A DNA stretch of 25,965 nt from Gammaproteobacteria bacterium (GCA_047638815.1 JBLIMR010000040.1:1-25965), one strand, 5' to 3'; shown: positions 8,278 through 17,804, counted from the first letter of the stretch. Notes: generated from the sequence alone by a model not told the origin. Numbers and translations are program-made.

Positions 8278-9273
8278 ATGGCATCTTACTCAATTAGTGA
8301 AATCAACGAAATATTAAAAGGAGAATTAATAGGTGATACTAGCGATCGCATTGAAGGGCCAGAAGAAATTCAAAAAGCCGGCACTAATCAGATCACATTT
8401 ATCGGAAGCAAAAAATATGAGAAGTATTGGGCAGAATCTAAAGCTTCTGCAGCGCTTATAAATACTGACCTAACCATAGATCGTGGAGACAACCGCGCCT
8501 TTATCAAAGTGAATAATGTAGACTTGGCAATGGCCAAAATATTGGAACTTTTCAATCCAGCGCCACCCGTTTTCGATACCGACATACATCCTACAGCCGT
8601 TCTACATGAAAGCGCAAAAATTGGTAAAGGATGTAAGATTGGCGCAAATTGCTATGTCGGTAAAGATGTTGAGTTGGGTACAGAAGTGACTTTATATCCT
8701 AATGTTTGTGTTTTTGATGAAACTGTTATCGGTGATAAGACCATTGTTTGGTCTGGGACAATAATCCGTGAACGCTGTATTATCGGTAGTCATTGTATTT
8801 TTCATACCAATGTGAGCATTGGTGCAGATGGCTTTGGCTATCGGCCGAGTGATGATGGTAAAGGGCTGGTGAAGATTCCACAGATAGGAAATGTCATCAT
8901 TGGACATCATGTAGAAATTGGCGCCAACTCATGCGTTGATAGAGCCAAATTCAGCTCCACGATTGTTGGAGACGGTTGTAAAATTGACAATCTTGTACAA
9001 GTAGCACACAACAGTGTGATGGGCCGTTCTTGTATCATGGCCGGTCATAGTGGACTTGCCGGTTCTGTGACTCTTGGTGATGGGGTCATTATTGGTGGTA
9101 GTGCATCCATAAAGGACCATACAACAATACATTCTGGTGCTACTGTTGGAGCAGGATCTGGCGTTATGAAAGATGTAAAAGCAGGTGAAACGGTTTTAGG
9201 ATATCCAGCGCAAGACGCCAAAGACATGTTAAAACAGTGGGTTGCACTAAGACGATATGCGAGAAATCAATAG
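8278..9273 (+). CDS. lpxD: UDP-3-O-acylglucosamine N-acyltransferase LpxD
   Basis: 331 aa. The LpxD N-terminal domain is followed by left-handed beta-helix hexapeptide repeats. The GADGFGY block is diagnostic of LpxD. Confidence 0.9.
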   Translation: MASYSISEINEILKGELIGDTSDRIEGPEEIQKAGTNQITFIGSKKYEKYWAESKASAALINTDLTIDRGDNRAFIKVNNVDLAMAKILELFNPAPPVFDTDIHPTAVLHESAKIGKGCKIGANCYVGKDVELGTEVTLYPNVCVFDETVIGDKTIVWSGTIIRERCIIGSHCIFHTNVSIGADGFGYRPSDDGKGLVKIPQIGNVIIGHHVEIGANSCVDRAKFSSTIVGDGCKIDNLVQVAHNSVMGRSCIMAGHSGLAGSVTLGDGVIIGGSASIKDHTTIHSGATVGAGSGVMKDVKAGETVLGYPAQDAKDMLKQWVALRRYARNQ

Positions 9274-9572
9274 TTATAAAACATAGGGGACGAAAAATAA
9301 AGTTCTATTTGGCTGTCTTGTCATCCTTAGTGTTTCAAATACCTATTGCCAAGATCTAGATTAAAGCAATAAAAGATATTACTTTCGCATTTGACTAGCA
9401 CATTTAATTCCTAACTTTCCACGCTATTTAATAGACATTTCCTATAAACCACTAACAACATGTCATTTACGCTACTTCTAACAAGATGAGGCTTTGAAGA
9501 AATAACTCAAAGAAAATTTAAGAAAAGTAGAAACCACTAAATTACAAGCGATTATCTAACTATCATTTTGAA

Positions 9573-10289
9573 ATGAAGAATTCCTTTGGTTTGAATATTG
9601 GAGACCTTATATTTTCTAAATATAAGGTCATGGGCTATCTTGGTGGTGGCTGGGAAGGAGAGGTCTTCAAAATTGTAGAATTGGGAACTGGTATTCACCG
9701 AGCTGCAAAATTCTTTCATCCAAAACGTAATATTAAAGGAAAGACATCGAAGACCTATGCTAAGAAACTGCACAAACTAAGAGAGTGTCCAGTGCTGATT
9801 CATTATCATAACATCGAAACTTTCGAGAATGAAGATACATCTGTCAAAGTGTTTATCTCAGAGTTTATCGAAGGTGATCTGCTCAGCATCTTCATCAAAC
9901 GTATAAAGACAAAGACCTTGTCCGTCCATCAAGGTCTGCATTTGCTTTATGCCCTTGTTTCAGGACTAGAGAGTATCCATCAATTGGGCGAATATCATGG
10001 TGACATTCATGCTGACAATGTGATCATACAACGTTTCGGACTTCAAGTTGACATCAAAATTTTTGATTTTCTCAATTCAGGCAGATCATCCAAGGTCCTT
10101 CGTCAGGAAGACCTGATTTGCACCATCAAGTTATTTTATGATTTAATTGGTGGACAGAAGCGATACAAGCATCATCCAGATATCGTAAAAGAGATTTGTT
10201 GTGGCTTAAAACATGGACTCATTTTGAAGAAATTTCCGACCACTTCGCACCTAAGATATTTTTTAGAAAACACACAGTGGGTGAGATAA
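9573..10289 (+). CDS. Small atypical protein-kinase-fold phosphotransferase (Kdo/WaaP-, RIO- or APH-like)
   Basis: 238 aa. Gly-rich loop GYLGGGWEGEVFK and the conserved Lys in RAAKFF. Catalytic loop HGDIHADNVII (H-x-D-x4-N). Mg-binding IKIFDFLNSG (a DF[G/L] variant). There is no long C-lobe or activation segment. Confidence 0.7.
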   Translation: MKNSFGLNIGDLIFSKYKVMGYLGGGWEGEVFKIVELGTGIHRAAKFFHPKRNIKGKTSKTYAKKLHKLRECPVLIHYHNIETFENEDTSVKVFISEFIEGDLLSIFIKRIKTKTLSVHQGLHLLYALVSGLESIHQLGEYHGDIHADNVIIQRFGLQVDIKIFDFLNSGRSSKVLRQEDLICTIKLFYDLIGGQKRYKHHPDIVKEICCGLKHGLILKKFPTTSHLRYFLENTQWVR

Positions 10290-10368
10290 AGAAGAGGTTC
10301 AATGAGATTTTAATGCTTGTTCGTGAAAGTGAAATGTCATGAATTGCTTATGAAGAAATTAAAAGTGA

Positions 10369-11001
10369 GTCCAAATCGGATTTAGTAAAACTTTATTTTT
10401 TGACTTATCTTCAATCGACTCTATAAAAGATGTCGTTCAATTGATAAAGAAAGAACATAATGCAATTAATGTCTTAATTAATAACGCTGGTGTGTACAAA
10501 AGGGAAGAGAGAAAATCTGTAGATGGTTTTGAAATGACAATTGCAGTTAATTATATCTCAGTCTTTTTACTAACAAATATACTTCTAGCCCTGATAAAAA
10601 ATGCTGCGAATGCCAGAATAATAAATTTGAGTTCCGAGGTCTATAAACGTGGAAAAGTACATTTACATAAGGGATTCAATACCAATAAATATAATGGGAT
10701 CAAGTCATATGCGAATTCAAAACTTCTTGTCACATATTTCACCAAAGAATTGGCAAAAAAACTTAATGACACAGGTATAACTGTAAATAGTCTTCATCCT
10801 GGTATTATAGGAACCAATGTATTTCGGGATTACCCTAACTGGATAACTAATTTCATGAAACTGATAATATCCAAACCAACAGAAGGAGCCAAACCCTCAA
10901 TTTATTTAGCAACTGCAAATGAACTTAGTGGCGTTTCGGGAAAATACTTCAATAAAATAAAACAGACACAAACTATCAAATTGGCAAATGACCCTGTGTA
11001 G
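10369..11001 (+). pseudogene. Short-chain dehydrogenase/reductase (retinol-dehydrogenase-like SDR) lacking its N-terminal Rossmann TGxxxGxG region. This is a 5'-truncated remnant
   Basis: The track ORF starts at TTG 10441 directly at the mid-protein NNAG motif (LINNAGV). SDR homology runs upstream in frame (VQIGFSKTLFFDLSSIDSIKDVVQ) to a TGA at 10366-10368. Only 76 nt separate that stop from the upstream gene, and no frame there encodes a Gly-rich NAD(P)-binding motif. The catalytic YANSK (YxxxK) and downstream HPGIIGT are present. Confidence 0.7.
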
Positions 11002-11161
11002 TCTGTGAAAATATGGAATAAGACAGAGGGATTTATTGGATCTTGGTGACATATTGAGAGAAAGCGTCACATTGATTGTATGGCTGTTCTCATGAATTCA
11101 GCATACTAAAGCTGCTCATATGAATAAAATCATTCGTCTGATACACAAGCCAAAGGATTGA

Positions 11162-12448
11162 ATGATTAGTATTGCAGTAAAATTTATCGCTTTGTTCGAA
11201 TACCTTTCAAATTCAATTGATTCTTGGCTGATCCAATCCTTGGCCTTGGATCCTTCATTCGCTTACTTCACTCGTACGATGATTATGCTACTCATTGCCA
11301 TGATCATTACCATTGTCATTTGGCGTATAACTAATAGACTCTTTCATCGATATATACCACGGCTTACAAGACACACCAAGACTCTATGGGATGATGCTTT
11401 GTTGAGCAAGGGGGTTCTTAATGCCTTGGCCCTAGTATTGCCAGTTATGCTCCTGGATCATTTCGCTCCAAAGGTTTTTGATCACCTCACTGCTGTATTG
11501 CCATTCATAAAGGGCATGACTACAATATTCATTGTATTCACAGTCTCATACATCGTGGCTTCTTTGCTCAATGCCATCTATGATCTCTTGAGTGCAAATC
11601 CAAATTATAGAGACAAACCTATTGGTAGTTTCACACAATTGGGAAAGATCCTGACCTATTCTGTGGCCATCATTCTTACCATATCTATTATATTCGATAA
11701 AAGCCCAATTTATCTACTAAGTGGTATTGGTGCGATTGCGGCTGTGATTCTATTGGTTTTCAAAGACAGTATACTTGGTTTTGTTGCAAGCGTTCAACTT
11801 TCCGCAAACAATATGGTTCATGTTGGTGACTGGGTAACAGTACCAAAATACAATGCAGATGGTGATGTATTGGAAATTAACTTGACGTCCATCAAGGTCC
11901 AAAACTTCGATAAGACCATCACTACCATTCCGACATATGCCTTTGTTGCAGATTCATTTAAGAATTGGCGTGGTATGGAACAATCTCAAGGTCGAAGGAT
12001 CAAACGTGCTGTCAATATTCAAATTAGCAGTATCCGTTTTTGCTCCCCTGAAATGATTGAAAGCTTTCAGAAAATTCATTTGATCAAAGACTACGTAACT
12101 GAACGCCAAATAGAGATCGCAACCTACAACGAAAAGAACAATTTGGATTCTTCAATTTTTGCGAATGGTCGAAAGCTCACAAACATTGGGGTGTTTCAGG
12201 TTTATTTGGAGAAATACCTCGTAGCCAATCCATCCATAAATGAAAACATGACAATTATGGTTAGACAATTGGCTGCTTCACCAAACGGACTCCCAATAGA
12301 GTTATATGCTTTCAGTAAAATCAAAGAATGGAAAGACTATGAAAAGGTTATGGCCGACCTATTCGACCATATTTTAGCTTCCGCTAGTGCATTTGATCTA
12401 ATAATATTTGAAAATCCATCGGGGTCGGATGTACAGTCCATTTCGTAA
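11162..12448 (+). CDS. Mechanosensitive ion channel, MscS family (YbdG/MscM-like)
   Basis: 428 aa. It has N-terminal TM helices and the MscS beta-domain signature MVHVGDWVTVPKYNADGDVLEINLTSIKVQNFDKTITTIPTYAFVADSFKNW. Confidence 0.85.
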   Translation: MISIAVKFIALFEYLSNSIDSWLIQSLALDPSFAYFTRTMIMLLIAMIITIVIWRITNRLFHRYIPRLTRHTKTLWDDALLSKGVLNALALVLPVMLLDHFAPKVFDHLTAVLPFIKGMTTIFIVFTVSYIVASLLNAIYDLLSANPNYRDKPIGSFTQLGKILTYSVAIILTISIIFDKSPIYLLSGIGAIAAVILLVFKDSILGFVASVQLSANNMVHVGDWVTVPKYNADGDVLEINLTSIKVQNFDKTITTIPTYAFVADSFKNWRGMEQSQGRRIKRAVNIQISSIRFCSPEMIESFQKIHLIKDYVTERQIEIATYNEKNNLDSSIFANGRKLTNIGVFQVYLEKYLVANPSINENMTIMVRQLAASPNGLPIELYAFSKIKEWKDYEKVMADLFDHILASASAFDLIIFENPSGSDVQSIS

Positions 12449-12577
12449 TGGAGTTCGAAATTATCATCTCGAACTTAATTGCTGACTGGAATAGAAAAAA
12501 CATTTTCTTATTAAAATATAACATTCGTAACCATATAGTCCTGAGGCAGAATCGTTATATTCGAGAAAACATTCTAC

Positions 12578-13414
12578 TTGATTAAAAAAACATTAATCTT
12601 TTCCATTATCTGGTTCACGTTCTCTAGCTGTAATAGCGAGAAACAAATGCCCCTGGATAGAACTGAGCCTAGTACCTCAGAAGTAAAATCTACTCGTGCC
12701 AAACAAGACTCAATAATAGTAGAACATTCAGAAAATGGGGCTCGTAAACATTCTTACTATTCTCGAGAATGGCAAGAAGAATTAGATGCAGGCCTAGCAA
12801 AAGATTCGACCATCGCCTACTTGTGGCGGCAAAAGGCTATGCCTTTGTTTAAACAAGGAAAGTATGAAAAAGGGATGGAATATATTGACAAGGCGGTACA
12901 ATATGATAGATTAGAATATCAAGATTATAGAGCTTTTATCAAATGTATATTTGCGCAAACCTACAGAGAAGCTATAATTGATTTCGAAGATTGTAAAAAG
13001 CGGTTTGGGAATAGTTATGTTATGGATCACACCTACGATTTTCACATTGCCCTTTCTTATCTGCAGCTCAATGAATTTGAAATAGCCGAAGAGATTTTCA
13101 AAAGAGATTATGAAAACCAAATTTCCGAACATAACGAAGATTGGCTACATCCTGTTGACTTATTTTATTTTGGCATTTGCAAATATGAACTTGGAAAATA
13201 TCAGGAGGCGATTGATCTCTTTGATTTATCACTTGATCGACATGAAACCTTTTCAGATGCCCAGTACTACAAAGCACAAGCCTTAAGAAGAATTGGAAAA
13301 CTCGAAGAAGCCAAAGAACTTCTTGTGATTGCGAAGGCTAATGCTGATCAAGGTAGAACGTTTAGCGAGGACAATATTATATATGAAAGATATCCATATC
13401 AGGTGAGATGGTGA
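12578..13414 (+). CDS. Tetratricopeptide-repeat lipoprotein
   Basis: TTG start. Lipoprotein signal LIFSIIWFTFSSC. Several TPR-like helical pairs follow (GKYEKGMEYIDKAVQYD, GKYQEAIDLFDLSLD, AQYYKAQALRRIGKLEEAKELL). No in-frame ATG lies upstream before the stop. Confidence 0.65.
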   Translation: MIKKTLIFSIIWFTFSSCNSEKQMPLDRTEPSTSEVKSTRAKQDSIIVEHSENGARKHSYYSREWQEELDAGLAKDSTIAYLWRQKAMPLFKQGKYEKGMEYIDKAVQYDRLEYQDYRAFIKCIFAQTYREAIIDFEDCKKRFGNSYVMDHTYDFHIALSYLQLNEFEIAEEIFKRDYENQISEHNEDWLHPVDLFYFGICKYELGKYQEAIDLFDLSLDRHETFSDAQYYKAQALRRIGKLEEAKELLVIAKANADQGRTFSEDNIIYERYPYQVRW

Positions 13415-13495
13415 TGATACTATTTCAATACTAAATACAGCATCTGTAACTTTAACATCCTACCATCCGTCATAGATGAAACCAAAACAACAAGC

Positions 13496-14218
13496 ATGCA
13501 ATCTCCTATACGAACTGCCAGAATAGCTGGGTTTATCTATTTAACGATCATTTTTACAGGATTCTTCTATTTACTTTATGTCCCTGGTGAAATTATAGAA
13601 TGGTCCGATGCAGAAAAAACTGTAGAGAATCTACAATTGAACACATCGCTTTATACCGCAGGAATCATATGTGGACTTATCTGTTTCACTGCATTCGCGA
13701 TACTGTCATTGGTTCTTTACAAACTGCTTAATCACATTAACAAAGACATGGCAAGCCTTATGGTTGTGCTGGTGCTTCTTAGTGTTCCAATTTCTTTTGT
13801 GACATTAATCGAACAGATTAATGTTCTAAGCATTATTAATACAGAACGTTTTGTAGATCTGCTCTCTGCTTCTCAATTACAATCAGAGGTTATGATAAAA
13901 TTGAAAGGCATTTCCAATGCTATATTGATCGCTCAAATATTCTGGGGACTCTGGTTGCTACCTTTTGGTTATTTGGTATATCATTCGAAATTTATCCCCA
14001 AATTACTGGGTGTACTTCTCTTTATTGGCTGTTTTGGATATCTTTCAGATTCAATAGGCTACACGCTCTTTCCAGGTTTCGGAGACACATGGCTTTCCAC
14101 AATTATTGGCATACCCTCGGGACTTGGAGAAATTGGAATATGCTTATGGTTTTTAATTAGAGGTGTAAAACAAAAGCCGGATTCAAATCAAGATGAAACC
14201 ATATCAGAAATTGGCTAA
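13496..14218 (+). CDS. Integral membrane protein, DUF4386-like
   Basis: 240 aa with 6 or so predicted TM segments. The N-terminus MQSPIRTARIAGFIYLTIIFTGFFYLLYVPGEII resembles the DUF4386 family. I cannot assign a function. Confidence 0.55.
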   Translation: MQSPIRTARIAGFIYLTIIFTGFFYLLYVPGEIIEWSDAEKTVENLQLNTSLYTAGIICGLICFTAFAILSLVLYKLLNHINKDMASLMVVLVLLSVPISFVTLIEQINVLSIINTERFVDLLSASQLQSEVMIKLKGISNAILIAQIFWGLWLLPFGYLVYHSKFIPKLLGVLLFIGCFGYLSDSIGYTLFPGFGDTWLSTIIGIPSGLGEIGICLWFLIRGVKQKPDSNQDETISEIG

Positions 14219-14250
14219 CCTTCTATTCAACATTTTTTAAAATAACGCAT

Positions 14251-14661
14251 ATGTTAGAAAACTCAAAAATCAACATTCGAATTAAACTTGCCGCCCTTTG
14301 GACATCACTCCTTTTCTTATTCATATACGGTGACTATTTTGAAATGTATACGCCAGGAAAAGTCGAAAACTTGATGAATGTAACAGACATCTTAGATTCC
14401 CCTTTCAAACTTTTCATGGCTTCATTCGTTCTGGCAATTCCATCTTTGATGATTGCGTTAACAATTCTTATGAAGCCTAACGTTAACAGAATTCTTAACA
14501 TTACATTTGGCACTTTTTTCACGCTAGTTGTTTTACTTGTAGGTGGAGGTTCTATAACCCCTTGGTATAGCTTCTATGTCTTTTACGCAGCACTAGAAGC
14601 TATTCTTGCAATTGCTATTGTTAGGCAAGCTTGGAAATGGCCCAGGGAAATAAGTGTCTAA
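14251..14661 (+). CDS. Small 4-TM membrane protein (DUF6326-like)
   Basis: 136 aa. Pattern KINIRIKLAALWTSLLFLFIYGDYF...KPG...AWKWP. The family assignment is from memory, not from a database search. Confidence 0.45.
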   Translation: MLENSKINIRIKLAALWTSLLFLFIYGDYFEMYTPGKVENLMNVTDILDSPFKLFMASFVLAIPSLMIALTILMKPNVNRILNITFGTFFTLVVLLVGGGSITPWYSFYVFYAALEAILAIAIVRQAWKWPREISV

Positions 14662-14678
14662 TTGAAATTGTAAAGTAA

Positions 14679-14695
14679 TTGTCAATAATTGACAA
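14679..14695. promoter_or_regulatory. Perfect 17-bp palindrome TTGTCAAT-A-ATTGACAA between the small membrane protein gene and the dioxygenase-like gene. Candidate operator for a dimeric regulator
   Basis: Read directly: the 8-bp arms are exact reverse complements around one central base. It lies about 140 bp upstream of the ATG at 14835 and contains TTGACA-like hexamers on both strands. Confidence 0.35.
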
Positions 14696-14834
14696 CTCAT
14701 TAACAACTATCTTTTTCGAAATTGCATCATTAAACATATTGATCTAATTTACAAATGAATATTCCTGACCTCACTATGAGATGGAGTTACAGGTTTATTT
14801 TTTGTATTACTTTTACTTAACAATTTCACACATC

Positions 14835-15791
14835 ATGAAAGGCCTGAAAAAAGAAAATCCAAGAAGACAATTTTTAAAAAATACTTCATTGGCTGTGCTA
14901 GCTGCAGGTCTATTGCCTAAGGTAGGTATGAGTGAATCGAGTGAAATTGCAAAACCTGAGGAACAGGAAGAATGTGATCCAACAACGCTTGATTTTTATG
15001 GCGAAGGACCGTTTTACACACCTAATCCGCCTGTCATTGTGAATAGTCAACTCGCTGTAGAAAATGAAGTTGGCACTAGGCTAATAATTACAGGCAGAGT
15101 TAGAAACTTGCAGTGTGATCAATTTATCCCCGAAACACTTATTGATGTTTGGCATGCGGATGATGCAGGTGCGTACGACAATTCAGGTTTCAATTTAAGA
15201 GGTACAACACTCTCTAATGCACAAGGATTTTATACTTTTGAAACCATTTATCCTGGCAAATATCTCAATGGTGCTTCATTCAGACCTGCACACATACATT
15301 TTAGAATTACCCCTCCCGGGTTTCCACTACTAACAACTCAATTGTACTTTGAAGGCGATCCTGATAATGCCAGTGATGCTGCATCTTCGATTAATAGTGG
15401 AATATATAATGCCACGGAAAGAATAATATCACTTACCGAAGACGGTGATGGGAACCTGGAAGGTGTCTGGGATATAGTTATTGATGGAGATGGCATTAAC
15501 GCAGTGGAAGATTTGCATTTGAATACAGGTATGATTTATTCAGCGACTCCCAACCCTTTTTCAAACAGAGTGGAAATCAATTATGGTGTATTTAGAGAAT
15601 CCAAGGTTAGTTTGTTGGTTTTTGACATGGCCGGGAAATTAGTGGCTACACTAGAGGAGAGAACATTAGGCACAGAAAAGTATACTGCTATTTGGGAACC
15701 AGAAAACTCACTTGGAAACGGACATTATTTTATCGCATTGAAAATTAATGATCTTCAAGTACACTATTTGAAAGTTGTCAGAAATAAATAA
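14835..15791 (+). CDS. Intradiol ring-cleavage dioxygenase-like protein with an N-terminal twin-arginine (Tat) signal and a C-terminal T9SS sorting domain
   Basis: The likely start is MKGLKKENPRRQFLKNTSLAVLAAGLL; RRQFLK fits the Tat consensus S/T-R-R-x-F-L-K. The core WHADDAGAYD...GFYTFETIYPGKY...FRPAHIHFRI matches the intradiol dioxygenase fold (PF00775) with its His-x-His iron ligands. The last 80 aa or so (PNPFSNRVEINYGV...GKLVATL...GHYFIALKINDLQ) are a type-A T9SS C-terminal domain. Confidence 0.75.
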   Translation: MKGLKKENPRRQFLKNTSLAVLAAGLLPKVGMSESSEIAKPEEQEECDPTTLDFYGEGPFYTPNPPVIVNSQLAVENEVGTRLIITGRVRNLQCDQFIPETLIDVWHADDAGAYDNSGFNLRGTTLSNAQGFYTFETIYPGKYLNGASFRPAHIHFRITPPGFPLLTTQLYFEGDPDNASDAASSINSGIYNATERIISLTEDGDGNLEGVWDIVIDGDGINAVEDLHLNTGMIYSATPNPFSNRVEINYGVFRESKVSLLVFDMAGKLVATLEERTLGTEKYTAIWEPENSLGNGHYFIALKINDLQVHYLKVVRNK

Positions 15792-15819
15792 TCGTATTAT
15801 TGTGTTCTATTGACAAACG

Positions 15820-16446
15820 ATGGATTACAGTTTACTATTAGGATTCCTTGGGGCCTCAGTCCTGCTTACTATAATGCCAGGGCCAGATAATATTTTTGTT
15901 CTTCTCGAAAGCATAACAAACGGTAAGAGAAATGCAATATTAGTTTCTCTTGGCTTGATTTCTGGTGTCCTTGTTCACACAATCATAGCATCAACAGGCA
16001 TAGCACTTATCATTCTAAAATCAGATGCACTATTTGATATTATAAAATATTGTGGCGCTGCGTATCTCTTCTTTCTTGCATTTCAGGCCTTCAAAGAAAA
16101 AAGAGAGAAGATCGATGAAAATCCATTGGCAACTAAAAACAATTCTGCTGCATCATTAGTTAAAAAAGGATTTTTGATGAACGTACTTAATCCTAAAGTT
16201 TCCCTTTTCTTTATTGCCTTCCTTCCTCAATTTATAGATCCGAAAGGCACTGCTATATCTATTCAAATGGTTGTACTGGGGCTTTTATTCATGCTGCAGG
16301 CATTTGTCATTTTCATGCTCATATCTTTACTTTCTGGCAAATTATCAAAATATCTTAGCCGTGATAAATTCTGGAATGGAACCAAATATCTCAAGGTTAT
16401 CGTATTTTGTCTACTAGGAGTCTTTATAATTTTAAGTGGCAAATAA
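15820..16446 (+). CDS. LysE/RhtB-family amino-acid exporter
   Basis: 208 aa, 6 TM. The N-terminal LLGFLGASVLLTIMPGPDNIFVL is the LysE-family signature. Confidence 0.85.
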   Translation: MDYSLLLGFLGASVLLTIMPGPDNIFVLLESITNGKRNAILVSLGLISGVLVHTIIASTGIALIILKSDALFDIIKYCGAAYLFFLAFQAFKEKREKIDENPLATKNNSAASLVKKGFLMNVLNPKVSLFFIAFLPQFIDPKGTAISIQMVVLGLLFMLQAFVIFMLISLLSGKLSKYLSRDKFWNGTKYLKVIVFCLLGVFIILSGK

Positions 16447-16488
16447 TATGGTTATCGTTAATTTTGCATTCGACAAAAAAACAATATA

Positions 16489-17334
16489 GTGGCATCTCAA
16501 GATATTTCCAGGTATAATTTCAAAGACATCTTTTCAGTAAAGGATATTTCCTTTGACAAGGAATGTGTAGTAAGCCAGCCGGAACAATTGGAAGATTACA
16601 GCATTTACTGGATAAAGGATGGTAAAGGCACATACAATATTGACTTCGAAAGTTACTCTTTTGATGGTACTGCAATCTTTTTCCTATCCCCAGGACAGAT
16701 ATTCACCATTGCAAGTGAAGAAATTAAAAGAGCTTTTCAAATAAGTTTCGTTCGGGATTTTTACTGCATCCAAACCCATGACAAAGAGGTCTCATGCAAT
16801 GGTGTGCTATTTAATAATATATACGAAACACCTTTTGTCGTTCCAAAAGATGAAGACATTAAAAAATTGGATTTTATTTTGGAGGCCCTAATTGATGAGT
16901 TTAAAAACGAGGGAACTGCCCAGTATGATATGTTGCAATCATATTTGAAACAATTCATTATTCATTCAGTAAGAATCAAAAAAGAGATTAGTACCCTTAA
17001 AGATGATGAGGATACTAAACTTTTTAAAGATTTCAGTTTATTGGTTGACGTGCATTTTAAAACCATGCATACTGTTACCGATTATGCTGATAAATTAGGA
17101 GTATCTCCAAAGTCACTCACAAAACATTTTCAGAAAAGTGGCGCCACAACACCTAGTGATTTTATAAAGAACAGAATTATTCTTGAGGCCAAAAGAATGT
17201 TATTGTATACCGATAACTCCATAAAACATATCGCTTATGACCTTGGCTTTAATGATCCTGCGTATTTCACCAGATTCTTCACCAAGGCTGAAAAAAAGTC
17301 GCCCAAGCAATTCCAAAAGGACCTGAAAACGTAG
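16489..17334 (+). CDS. AraC-family transcriptional regulator with a cupin-like N-terminal sensor domain
   Basis: GTG start. The C-terminal HTH is DYADKLGVSPKSLTKHFQKSGATTPSDFIKNRIILEAKRMLLYTDNSIKHIAYDLGFNDPAYFTRFF. Confidence 0.85.
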   Translation: MASQDISRYNFKDIFSVKDISFDKECVVSQPEQLEDYSIYWIKDGKGTYNIDFESYSFDGTAIFFLSPGQIFTIASEEIKRAFQISFVRDFYCIQTHDKEVSCNGVLFNNIYETPFVVPKDEDIKKLDFILEALIDEFKNEGTAQYDMLQSYLKQFIIHSVRIKKEISTLKDDEDTKLFKDFSLLVDVHFKTMHTVTDYADKLGVSPKSLTKHFQKSGATTPSDFIKNRIILEAKRMLLYTDNSIKHIAYDLGFNDPAYFTRFFTKAEKKSPKQFQKDLKT

Positions 17335-17458
17335 TCCTACACTAGTAAAACACCTGTTTTTTCGAATTTCAAAGTTTCTGTCCAAGAACAAGGAACCTTT
17401 GTCCATTTTTTGAAGCCGGTCCTCAATGCATCTTTGTATCAACAAAAAAACAAAGAAA

Positions 17459-17779
17459 ATGGACATTCAATTAAAACAAAAAGATTTCAAAGAAGCTGTC
17501 GAGAACAATAAAGCAATTCTTATTGATTTTTACGCTGAGTGGTGCGGCCCATGTAAGACACTATCACCTACGATAATAAAACTTGCAGAGGAATTTGAAG
17601 GTGATGTCCTCATCAAGAAAGTTAATGTGGATGAGAACAGAGAACTCGCACAAAAATTTAATGTGAGAAGTATTCCTGCTTTAGTATACATCAAAGATGG
17701 AGAAGTCGTAGGTAGACAAAACGGACTAGTCTCAGAACAGGCGTTAAGGACACAAATAAATCAATTAAAGACAGCGTAA
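17459..17779 (+). CDS. trxA: Thioredoxin
   Basis: 106 aa from ATG 17459. WCGPCK active site. The overall pattern ILIDFYAEWCGPCKTLSPTI...SIPALVYIKDGEVV is the canonical Trx fold. Confidence 0.85.
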   Translation: MDIQLKQKDFKEAVENNKAILIDFYAEWCGPCKTLSPTIIKLAEEFEGDVLIKKVNVDENRELAQKFNVRSIPALVYIKDGEVVGRQNGLVSEQALRTQINQLKTA

Positions 17780-17804
17780 ACAAATTATTATAAATAGAAT
17801 ATCA

